Positions 50,306 through 61,949 of a stretch of DNA of 64,000 nt are shown one piece after another (within the stretch, counting starts at the first letter, position 1; each line of letters starts with the position of its first letter). The notes under the pieces are model-generated. The model was not told the origin of the DNA and did not search any database. It saw only the letters and a program-made list of their open reading frames with translations. This DNA comes from Octopus sinensis. Its lineage: Eukaryota. The translations under genes were made by a program, and so were the position numbers. The stretch covers positions 7,502,001 to 7,566,000 of the forward strand of contig NC_043011.1 in assembly GCF_006345805.1 (NCBI RefSeq), written 5' to 3'.

Positions 50306-50909
50306 AATAATAATAATAATAATAATAATAATGATGATGATGATAATAGTAATAATAATAATAATAACCACATGTAACATGAAGAAAATATCACGCCCCC
50401 CACCCCTAAGCATGAGCAACACTCTGCTAGAATCTTCGCAGTGGCTGTAAATGCTGGCCGTCACTATAAGCAAGGATCTGTTTTGGCGAAAGCACATCCA
50501 TAACATTCTAGCAAGGACCACATCCCCAAAACTGGTCCTTCCCTTCAGGGTCAGAAATATTCCAGACCCGAAGAGCTACAAACACTCTGTAAGGCTTAAT
50601 GGAGTGCTGCCTCCATATCTAAGATGGTACTGCTGTTTTGCAGACTGACACTCTGGATCATATCTGGGAAAGGCCACCGGTCTGGATGGCATTCGATCAC
50701 TAACGGACACGGACACACTCCGACTTCTGACCTTTGCTACGGAGACTGTTATGACCGGCAGACTCCATCCATCCATCCATCCATCTACCCATCCATCCTG
50801 TCCGTCCACTAATTCCTGGGGTGGGGGTCGCGGCCCCTCTTCTGTGGCTTTCTATCAAAAGCAACCGTCATGAGATTTTCTGGCTGCATTCCCAAGCGTC
50901 ACCGATTGA

Positions 50910-51135
50910 GACTCTTTTTACCCTTTTACTTGTTTCAGTCATTTGACTGCGGCCATGCTGGAGCACCGCCTTTAGTCGAGCAAATCGACCCCGGAACTTA
51001 TTCTTTGTAAGCCCAGTACTTATTCTATCGGTCTCTTTTGCCGAACCTCTAAGTGACGGGGACGTAAACACACCAGCATCGGTTATCAAGCAATGCTAGG
51101 GGGACAAACACAGACACACAAACATATACACACTC

Positions 51136-51180
<45 letters not shown>

Positions 51181-51336
51181 TACGACAGGCTTCTTTCAGT
51201 TTCCGTCTACCAAATCCACTCACAAGGCATTGGTCGGCCCGAGGCTATAGCAGAAAACACTTGCCCAAAATGCCATGCCGTGGGACTGAACCCGGAACCA
51301 TGTGGTTGGTAAGCAAGCTACTTACCACACAGCCAC
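50910..51336 (-). mobile_element. SINE family A
   Basis: Same structure as other family A copies. Confidence 0.85.
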
Positions 51337-51741
51337 TATATATATACATACAGACACACACATATACACACGTAAATGTACACATGTATACGCATGCAAA
51401 CACATACGTACATAGATTGAAACACGCACACACACACACACAAGGTAATAAATATACACATATAAACATATACGCACATTTACATACATATATATATATA
51501 CACTCATACATACACACGCATGCATAGCACAAAAGTATATCCCCCCATATACACAAGCACACACATACATACGTACAATTGTATATCTACACACACACAG
51601 ATACACATACAAACACACGTGAATACGCACACACATTTTCATAACCCTTCCCCCCTCAAACCGGGTGGATGGTTTAAATAGGGGTCTTTTATAAATACGG
51701 GTAGCTTTCACCTGAATTTTTGTTAGACATGTTAGTCGTAG

Positions 51742-52618
51742 CAGTGGTGGATGTGCTGGTGGTGGTTGTTAGTGGTGGTGATTGTGGTGGTGGTGATGGT
51801 GGTGGTGATGGTGGTAGTAATGCTGTTGTTGGTGACTGCTATAGCAGTACAGTGTGGTGGTGGTGGTGATGGTGGTAGTGGTAATTGTGGTGGTGATGGT
51901 GGTGGTGATAATGGTAGTGATGGTCGTGATGGTGGTGGTAGTGGTGGTGATGGCGGTGGTAGTGATGGTGGTGGTGAGGGTAGTGGTGGTGATGGTGGTG
52001 GTGGTGGTAGTGATGGTGATGGTGGTGGTAGTGGTAATTGTGGTGGTGATGGTGGTGGTGGTGATGGTGGTGGTGGTGGTGATGGTGGTGGTGGTGGTGG
52101 TAGTAATGCTGTTGTTGGTGACTGCTATAGCAGTACAGTGTGGTGGTGGTGGTGATGGTGGTAGTGGTAATTGTGGTGGTGATGGTGGTGGTGATAATGG
52201 TAGTGATGGTCGTGATGGTGGTGGTAGTGATGGTGGTGGTGAGGGTAGTGGTGGTGATGGTGGTGGTGGTGGTAGTGATGGTGGTGGTGAGGGTAGTGGT
52301 GGTGATGGTGGTGGTGGTGGTAGTGATGGTGATGGTGGTGGTAGTGGTAATTGTGGTGGTGATGGTGGTGGTGGTGATAATGGTAGTGATGGTCGTGATG
52401 GTGGTAGTGATGGTGGTAGTGATGGTGGTGGTGGTGATGGTGGTGGTGATGGTGGTGGTGGTGATGGTGGTAGTGATGGTGGTAGTGGTAATTGTGATGG
52501 TGGTGGTGATAGTGGTGGTAGTGATGGTCGTTATGGTGGTGGTCAGGGTAGTGGTGGAGATGGTGGTGGTAGTGATGGCGATATGATGGAGATGATGGCG
52601 GTGATGGTGGTGGTGGTG
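51742..52618. repeat. (GGT/GAT/AGT)n compound trinucleotide repeat with ~287-bp internal duplication
   Basis: Anchor GTAATGCTGTTGTTGGTGACTGCTATAGCAGTACAGTG occurs near 51817 and 52103. Confidence 0.92.
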
Positions 52619-54223
52619 CTATCTTAAAACATGGGCGCACTGGTTAGTTTCTCAGGGGCCCAGTTGGGTTCTATGTTTTGCTGTCAATAAATACACACTA
52701 CAGGGCCCAGCGCATTGATTGTCCCTGGGGTTTATAATACTGTAAGGACAACCCTGTGTGGTAGTGGTGGAGGTCGTGTGATGGTGGTGTAGTAGTTGCT
52801 GTTATAGTGGTGGAGGTGATGAGGTTGCTGCGATAGTATCGGCAGAAGTACTGGTGGTGTTTGTGTTACTGTGAAGGCAGTAATGTTGTTGTTGCTGTTA
52901 AAGTGTCTCAGTTTATGGACAACGCAGATGAAACGAAGCAACAACCAGGCCTCTACGTGGTCCCTCGACATCCTAGAAATAGCAACCAAATCTCTCTCAA
53001 ATCACTTACAAACCTCATAAAGCGAGAGGGACACAAAATATCAAGTTGTTTTGTATGGACGTTGCTTGAACAAACAGACGGGATGGTCACGGCTTGAATA
53101 TCTTTGATCATAGTTTCTGCCTAATCAAGACTGACTTGGGGCTAAACAACAACAATAATGATGAACAGTGCTTCCCAAAGAGGGTGGAAACGCCCCCCCC
53201 CCACTGTCACTAGTTCCTGGGACGAAGGCGCAGAAGATTGGGGGTACAATGGACATGTCTATCTAACTTTTTAGCCCTTGGCTCATACTTGTGAACGTTC
53301 GAAAATATTGGCACAAGGCCATCAATTTCGGGTGGGGGGGGGGACCAGTCAATTGCATCGACCCCAATACACAACTGGTACTTAATTTATCGAACTCGAA
53401 AGGATGAAAGGCAAAGTCGACCTCGGCGGAAAAAAACTTTTATTATCCAGGCCAAGGAGAAAAGGTATCTCCCACCCAGGGTCGGCCCTTTGGTCATTGT
53501 TACACCCTTCTTGGAGCCCCCTAGCACATGGCGCTCCGGGCGACTGCTCGAGTTGCTGGTACCTTGAGCCGGCTCTGCTTCCACCCTAAAACAGACTTGC
53601 TAGTTCGTCTTCATCGATGACTGGAATCTCCCCGTGGTTGTGCTTACCCTTATCTATCCCTAATTCTCTTTATATATTGCAAAAGTGGAACTTGTAGAAA
53701 CTTCGTAGCCCGGCTGATGGAAGGACGGTGAGGGCCTGATGTTTTAGATGCTGAGCCTTCAATCTTGGACGTCAGCTCCGTCAAAGAGATGACCTCTGCA
53801 AAAATGTCTCTCCCTGGACGGTGGTCATCTCATCGGATCACCGTCCAGGAAAATCTTCAGGTGGAAGAACCTCAATGTTTGTCCACTCATCAAGAGCCTC
53901 GGTATGCCGAGCTCTTCTTCCAGGGAACACTGGTCACAGATGAACCGCTTGACCAGTGAAACGAGCCCCTCCCACCGGAAGCTGAAATGTTGACTCTAAT
54001 CTAGCCGAACGGGGACTGAGGTGAAGCATGACGAAGAGCAACGCGGTGACAAAGCCACAGTTCGGTCTTTGACAGTATTTTATTTTATTGAACCTGGATG
54101 GGTAAAAGACAAAGTTGACCTCGGCAGGAATTGAACTTAGCATGTAAAGAGTCGGAAGAAATACAGTGGAGCATTTTTGTGTTACAAAGGGTTTTTTTTA
54201 TAAAGGTTTTAAGCATTGTAGAA

Positions 54224-54486
54224 CAGTGGTTCCCAAACGTTTTCGGATTGCTGCCCCCTTGACACTCAGGCCACATTCCAAATGCCCCTACCTCAACTAA
54301 CTACCACAAACGTAGACCTCTTTCTGAAGCAAATTCAAAGTAACTGCATTTCACAAATAAAACTTAACCCAACAAATCCATTATTTTGTTATTTTTACAT
54401 GAATCGCTCCCCCATTATCGCCCCCTTGGAACCTTCCACCGCTCCCAGGCGGGCGCGGGGAATACCGCCCAGTTTGGGAACCACTG
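54224..54486. mobile_element. hAT-superfamily MITE
   Basis: Perfect 15-bp TIRs CAGTGGTTCCCAAAC and perfect 8-bp TSD TTGTAGAA (54216-54223, 54487-54494). Confidence 0.92.
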
Positions 54487-55545
54487 TTGTAGAAGGTAGC
54501 GTATTGACATAATGAACTTTGATGGCATATCGTTAAGAAATTCGCTTCGCAACCGCGTAGTCTTAGGTTCAGTCCCACAATGAGGCATCTTGGGCAAATG
54601 TCTTCTTCTATAGCTACAGACCAATCAATTTGCTAATGTCTTGCGAGAGAATTTGGTAGACGGAAACTTGAGTCATACATGAGGAATTACCTTGGATGTT
54701 AATTCTATTTCGGTTTATTGGTATCTGTTTGATATGGTTAACCAAGTTCGCTTAACACTGAATGTTTTCTAGATATCTACCTGCATTTATTAATCTATTA
54801 ATCCACTTTGCCTCTTGTTTTGCACTCACACACACATGTATATATATACATACATACGTACGTACATATATATATATACATACTTGCTGACGTACCCGGT
54901 AATTCCCGGGAAAGCGGGGCTTATCCCTTGGTTCCATTCTCATAATTGTTTCGCTAATCCAATAACAACTACACAAAGTATGTAGCCCTTGAAACGGTTT
55001 TTGTGTATTTACAAAGAATACCAAACTGTCTTACACAGGATTTTGTTTTTAGGAATTCCCAATAAGTTATGAATGCCCAAATTGTGAAGTCAGTTATGTA
55101 ATGACATGAAATTAGTTACCCGATAGTAAGAATTCAAATAAAGTAGCCCCGAAAAGGGCTTTAATGCATTCCTAGAGTATATAGAACTTTGGAGGAAATA
55201 CTAATAAGGTATGTTTACTAAAATCGTGAAGCATGTTATGTAATAACAGGCTAATCAGATGTGAGATAATAACATTTCAAAGTAAATAACTCTGAAAAGA
55301 GCTTTTGTGTGTTCCCAGAGAATATTACCCTCAGGGGCGCTAGTGTTGGTATATTCGAGAGTAAGTCTCTAACCGAAATAAGTAAATCTATAGTTTAGGA
55401 AAATACTATTTACTTGCTTAAGGGTTGTACTGGATGAATTGAGAAAATAACTCTAACAGTTCAAATACTAAGAAATAAGCATACTCAATTTGATTTATAC
55501 CAAATAATTTAAGAAAATGAATGGGTTATTTCCCTTGGTTTTATA

Positions 55546-57219
55546 TCAGGTCATCCCATAAGTTCTGCCCGAATTTTGAATAAGGAAAACAAGTGATCAA
55601 ATGTTATACTTAATTAAAATTTAATCATCAATGTACTTTCCCTGATTATCTATGACTTCCTTCCATTTATTTACAAGCTTTTAAATCCCATCAGTGTAAA
55701 ACTCTTTTGGTTTCAAAGCGAAGAACTCTGAAATGCCAGTTTCGACCTCCTCCTGGCTTGCGAAAGTTATGTTCTCCCCAAATGATTCTGTAAACTACGA
55801 AACAAATGGTAGTCTGAAGGAGAATAAGGTGGATGAGGAATTTTTCCCCAACCAAGCTCTTCGATCTTTTGTGATGAGATCTTTGCAGTGTGGGGTCGCG
55901 CATTGTCCTGATGAAATACCACTCCTTTTCGATTCACTAAAGTGAGTCTTTCTTTCTTCAAAGCTTAGTTCAAACGCTCTAATTGCTGACAGAAGACTTG
56001 AGCATTGATTGTTGCATTAGGTGGTAACAATTCAAAGTGAATTACTCCTTTGCAATCCCACCAGGTAGAGAGAAAAAACATTTTCCCATGAAGTTCCCTT
56101 CTCGGTTGTGGTTGAGCCTTTTCCCTTTTACCAAGCTACTGTTTACGACACTTAACATTTCGATAGAAGATCCATTTTTCGTCACCAGTCACAAATCTAT
56201 CCAAAAAGAGTGAAATGATTTTGCGAGAATGGAGAGAATAGCAGATGTCAACTCGGGATTTGCGGTTGCTTTCGGACAATTCATGAGGCACCCATTTTCC
56301 AAGTTTAGGAAACTTTCCAGGTTATTGAAGACGATGATGGATAGTTGTATGGTTTGAACTATACAATTCTTCAACTGATAATGAAAGATTTTCTTCAAGT
56401 AATGCTTCAAGGAGCTTATCATCAAACTCAACTGGACGTCCTGTTCGATCTTCACCTTCAAGGCTGAAATCTCCACTTCTGAATTTTACAAACCATCTTC
56501 TGCAAGTTCTTTCATTCAAGCATTCTTTCCCATAAGCTGAGTGTATGTTTCGAGTTGCTTCGGCTGCAGAGTTTCCTTTTTTGTACTCATAAAGCATTAT
56601 GTGCCTCAAATGCTCTTTGGATACTTCCATGTTAGAAGGGGTTTTAATCAAAGAAATTTTAAGTCTATTATTCTGTAAAATAATATTTAATTAGTCTAAA
56701 TGTACACAAATACATAAAAATAATGTTTAATTTCATTAGACATTCTAAAATACTCTCTTTACTCTTTTACTCTTTTACTTGTTTCAGTCATTTGACTGCG
56801 GCCATGCTGGAGCACCGCCTTTAGTCGAGCAAATCGACCCCGGGACTTATTCTTTGTAAGCCCAGTACTTATTCTATCGGTCTCTTTTGCCGAACCGCTA
56901 AGTGACGGGGACGTAAACACACCAGCATCCGTTGTCAAGCAATGCTAGGGGGACAAACACAGACACACACACTTATATATATTTATACATATATACGACA
57001 GGCTTCTTTCAGTTTCCGTCTACCAAATCCACTCACAAGGCATTGGTCGGCCCGGGGCTATAGCAGAAGACACTTGCCCAAGATGCCACGCAGTGGGACT
57101 GAACCCGGAACCATGTGGTTGGTTAGCAAGCTACTTACCACACAGCCACTCCTGCGCCTATTAAGTTTCATTCAATTTTAAAAAAGGTAAAATCAGACAG
57201 AACTTATGAAATGATCTGA
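55546..57219 (-). mobile_element. Full-length degenerate mariner (DD34D-type) transposon
   Basis: TA-flanked TIRs TCAGGTCATCCCATAAGTTCTG / CAGAACTTATGAAATGATCTGA; transposase pseudogene 56630-55600: HLRHIMLYEYKKG..RRWFVKFRSGDFSL..RTGRP, WVPHEL, VTGDEKW, HQDNARPH, HPPYSPSDYHLF. Confidence 0.92.
56753..57158 (-). mobile_element. SINE family A inserted in the mariner 5' UTR
   Basis: Young CpG-rich copy lying between the transposase start and the TIR. Confidence 0.87.
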
Positions 57220-57468
57220 TATAAGGATATTTTCCAGACGAATGGATTATTTCCCATGGATGTTAAAATAAAATATATTAGTTATATATAAGGATCCCCT
57301 TCCAGGGCTCTGTTATCCATTTTTCCAACAATCTGAGTATGCCAAGAGGTTTCCAGACGTGAGTTCTACTCATGTGTCAAGTTTCATCAAAATCGATAAA
57401 ACGATGTAGGAGGAGTTAACTAACAACTCCACTAACACACCCACAGACAGAATTTTCCACATATGTAG

Positions 57469-57556
<88 letters not shown>

Positions 57557-57597
57557 ATACATATGTATATATATATATGTGTGTGTATATGTATATG

Positions 57598-57694
<97 letters not shown>

Positions 57695-57894
57695 GTTCTG
57701 GTATCCAGAAGATCCAAAATGTAGGTAAGGCTATGTAAGTGCTACAGAAGGACCGCTGTTAAACTCCCGGTTCGATAACAGTATGAGTGAGGAGTCTGAC
57801 GCGGGTTGCGTGTGAGCGTGTATAGGTTAAGTAAAATGGGACAACAAAGCGAAGTCAGTGTGAAATTTTTAGGACATTTATAAAGACAAAGGTA

Positions 57895-57943
57895 GTCTTA
57901 ACAGCTGTTTCAGGGATATAAAAGATATCCCATCATCAGAGAC
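57895..57943 (-). ncRNA. Putative minimal type-I hammerhead ribozyme
   Basis: Minus strand GTCT-CTGATGA-T-GGGATAT-CTTTT-ATATCCC-T-GAAA-CAGCTG-TT-AAGAC. Confidence 0.55.
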
Positions 57944-58525
57944 GATAAGAGAGAGTTGAATAGAAGGAAATAGTAGAGTTCAGTGTAAAAAGTTATTTTG
58001 GAAAGGGAGAAATATAAAGGGAAATATGAGAATAAAAATAAAGATATATGTTGGATGTTAAACCTTGCTGTTCCATTATCCAAAGAATGTGTTGTGCAGA
58101 ATGGGCGAAAAGGCTTCCTGTCCATGGTATGTAAGTTCCGGTAGGATTTCATATTTTATTACAAATGGATAGTGTGCAGGTATGTATAGATGTGTGTGTG
58201 TATGTATGTATGTGTTTACGAAAAAAAAACAACAAAAGACGAAGACAGGTGGTGTAGAAAACAAACAGATTTATTAGTATAACGCTTAGGAATAGGAAAA
58301 GTCTTTTACGTTTCGAGCCTAGGCTCTTCTCCAGAAAGGGACACAGAAAAAACAAGGAGAGAAAAAAAATGTGTGTAGTGGCTAACGATCTATCATATAT
58401 ATATATATATGATAGATTGTAAATAAAAAAAGAACAAACACACACATAAAAAAAAAACAACGCGAGGAGGTGGTACACGTAAAGTATTAGCAGACGCCCC
58501 GGGAGGGAAAGAAAGATGGTTTGAC

Positions 58526-58659
58526 GGTTCTTCAAGTAATGCCTGAAGAAGCTCATCATGAAACTCAACTGGACGCCCTGTTCGATCTTCATCTTCAAGG
58601 CAGAAATCTCCACTTCTGAATTTTACAAACTAACTCATGCAAGTTCTTTCATTCAAGCA
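58526..58659 (-). mobile_element. Short fragment of the same mariner family
   Basis: Diverged copy of 56390-56522. Confidence 0.8.
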
Positions 58660-58759
58660 ACCAGTAGTAGTTGTAGTAGTGGTGGTGGTGGTAGTAGTAG
58701 TAGTATTGATAGTGATAGTATTATTATCGATAGTAGTTGTAATAGTATTTTTCGGGGAC

Positions 58760-58819
<60 letters not shown>

Positions 58820-59589
58820 ACACACTGTCATAACAGAGGAAGGTCCAAACAAACAAACACGACTGAAAACAATACCTTCACCTTTGCTAAGGTAGAGTTA
58901 ATAACTGGCGAGCTGGCAGAGTGGTTAGCACGCCGGGCGAAATGCGTAGCCGTATTTCGTCTGCCGTTACTTTCTGAGTTCAAATTCCGCCAAGGTCGAC
59001 TTTGCCTTTCATCCTTTCGGGGTTGATTAAATAAGTACCAGTTATGCACTGGGGGCGATATAATCGACTTAATCCGTTTGTCTGTCCTTGTTTGTCCTCT
59101 CTGTGTTTAGCCCCTTGTGGGTTATAAAGAAATAGGTATTTCGTCTGCCGCTACATTCTGAGTTCAAATTCCGCCGACGTCGACTTTCATCTTTTCGGGG
59201 TCGATTAAATAAGTAGCAGTTACGCACTGGAGTCGATATAATCGACTTAATCCGTTTGTCTGTCCTCTCTGTGTTTAGCCCCTTGTGGGTAGTAAAGAAA
59301 TAGGTAATAACTGGTTATGAAGACTGGATGTAGAAAACTGATTGCATTTTCTCTCTTTTCAAGACTCTTCTTTTCTAGGTTATTCGATGCGGAAGAGGAA
59401 CTACAGAAAAAAAAAAAAGAAATAAAAAGCTCCTTGTATAATTCGGCAGTTTCTTTTTTTTTTTTTTAATATATTTTCCAAACGAGATCAAACTTGAAAT
59501 TAGGGGATACGTCTTATACGCGGTACTCGTATTATACATGAGGTTATCATGTTTCTAAGACAATTAATGCCCTCCTCCTCACATCACGA

Positions 59590-59750
59590 TAAGCGTGGTG
59601 GTTGTGGTGGTAGTGATGGCGGTGATGAAAGAAGGAGTAGTAGTAAAAGTAAGAGTAGTAGTAGTAGTAGTAGTACTAAAAGCAGTAACATTATTAACTG
59701 CCGTAGTAGTCATAGCAGCAGCAGCAGAAGCAGTAGTAGTAGTAGTAGCT

Positions 59751-59781
<31 letters not shown>

Positions 59782-59915
59782 CAGCAGCAGCAGCAATTGT
59801 GGTTTTGCACCGATTCACAAACCCTAATATTCTGATGCACAACTGGCATGACTACTACTACTACTACTACTACTACTGCCGCCGCCGCCGCCGCCATCAC
59901 CACCACCACCACCAG

Positions 59916-59953
<38 letters not shown>

Positions 59954-60380
59954 TTAGTAGTATTAGTAGTTGTAGTAGTGGTGGTGGTAGTAGTGTTATT
60001 GATAGTGATAGTATTAGTATTGATAGTAGTAGTAGTAGTATTTCTCGGGGACACACACGCACCCACACAGACACACTGTCACAACAAATACCATTTACTC
60101 CAGATATTTCATCCATGACAAAAAAAAGGAAAAAAAAACGAGAGGAGGGAGTAGCGAAGGGACCCAAAATAGAAACCCTTAATTTTAATTCTTGTCACGA
60201 ACGCCGTTGTATTTCTTGTCTTCAAAAACATCATCATCATCATCATCACCGCCACCACAACCACCACCACCACCACCATCACCACCACCACCACCATCAC
60301 CACCACCACCACCATCACCACTACCACAACAACCACCACCACCACCACACTACCACCACCAACAACAACAACATCAACAA
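59590..60380. repeat. Compound trinucleotide microsatellites (AGT, GCA, ACT, GCC, CAC, CAT, AAC)
   Basis: Directly visible. Confidence 0.92.
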
Positions 60381-61949
60381 CCTAAACAAACGTAACAACA
60401 GAAAGGCGCCCATCCCTACGTCCCACGAAGAAATGTTTATTTAGGTGAACCCGTACATCCTCAAACATTCGACCCCCTTCTTCAGTCTCCCTTGCAAAGC
60501 CGAGCCCCTTATAAAACCACAAAACAAACCCACATCCCAGCTTTGTAGACACATTATATCGAATATTAAAGTATTTTAAAACCTCTTTTATTATTATTAT
60601 TTGATACGAAATATTAGTCTCGTTCTTCTTCTTCTTCTTCTTCTTCTTCTTCTTCTTCTCCACAATGGTTTTTGATTGATCGCTTTTGTTTGTTTGGACA
60701 ATGGAGGCGCATAGTTTAGTTAGGGCATTCGGCCCCGGATCATAAGGTCGTGAGTTCGATTCCCGGCTGCGCGTTCTGTCCTCGAGCAGTATACTTTATT
60801 TCACGCTGCTCCAGTCGAGTAAACTGGGGCACTACGTGTGAACGACGAGCATTACGAAAAGGCGAAAGCCACGCGAAATAAAGCACCTTGCTGGCAAAAA
60901 TGAGTGGTACCTGTAAATCAAAGGGCCAGCTACAGCGCTTTGAGAGAGTCATCTCTAACGCCTCAATTCGCAGCCAGCCGGCGAATAAGCAAGGCACTTA
61001 CATTGTGCGTGTGTGTTCGACATTGTTTAAAGAACTCGAGCTGTTTCTAATTCATATTTGAATTTGTTCTTACGTATTCAGCGTCGGGGTATACCAGCTA
61101 ATGCTTCTTCATCATTTTACAGATAGTCACGGACAAGCCCTGACTATATCGCAGGAAATAGCAGCCAAATTTCTTTCAAATTACAAAGGATACATACATA
61201 CACACACACACACACACGTGTGTGTGTGTAAATATATATAAACAAGAAGAAAAAAGTGAGCAAATCTTTTTATTGCATCAATTTACTATCCTGTCAAGGC
61301 GGCGAGCTGGCAGAAACGTTAGCACGCCGGTTGAAATACGTAGCCGTATTTCGTCTGCCGTTACGTTCTGAGTTCAAATTCCGCCGAGGTCGACTTTGCC
61401 TTTCATCCTTTCGGGGTCGATAAATTAAGTATCAGTTACGCACCGGGGTCGATGTAATCGACTTAATCCCTTTGTCCGTCCATGTTTGTCTCCTCTGTGT
61501 TTAGCCCCTTGTGAGTAGTAAAGAAATAGGTATTTCATCTGTTTTTACATTCTGAGTTTAAATTCCACCGAGGTTGACTTTACCTTTCATCCTTTCGGGG
61601 TCGTCAAATTAAGTTCCAGTTGTGTACTGGGGATCGATCTAATCGACTGGCCCCCTCCCCCAAAATTTCGGGCCTTGTGCCTAGAGTAGAAAAGAATTTA
61701 CAATCCTGTCATCTGAATTCGATCTCATGAATATTGCTTTACGTATTCTGCATTAATTTATACAACAATTAATTCATGAGGTGTCATTGTAAAAACACGT
61801 GCCGAGTTCGACTCTTCGGAGTGAATTATGTGTGTGTGCACCAGTTTGTGTCAAAGGTTTTTTTTTTGTATTTCACGCTTTAACTAATAGTTCAAACAAA
61901 CAACACACGAAAAGCGTTTATTCATCAGAATACATCGCATCATATTCTT

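Larger units (their letters stand above)
54882..57470 (+). mobile_element. Non-autonomous Helitron-like element interrupted by a mariner
   Basis: 5' ACTTGCTGACGTACCCGGTAATTCCCGGG hairpin; 3' AAGTTTCATCAAAATCG...ACAGACAGA...TAGTATA, the architecture of Lep1/HINE-type elements (recalled); internal subrepeats on both sides of the mariner. Confidence 0.5.

Noticed and set aside
51751-52640. Gly-rich, Val-rich or His-rich protein ORFs
   Set aside because: Translations of a (GGT)n-type microsatellite, open in several frames, with no splice or start context.
59549-60444. Poly-Ser/Thr/His/Val ORFs
   Set aside because: Trinucleotide microsatellite translations.
60382-60663. Minus-strand ORF or exon (…GLGFARETEEGGRMFEDVRVHL…)
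   Set aside because: No recognisable homology, begins in a (GAA)n repeat, and no partner exons were found. Cannot be excluded without RNA data.
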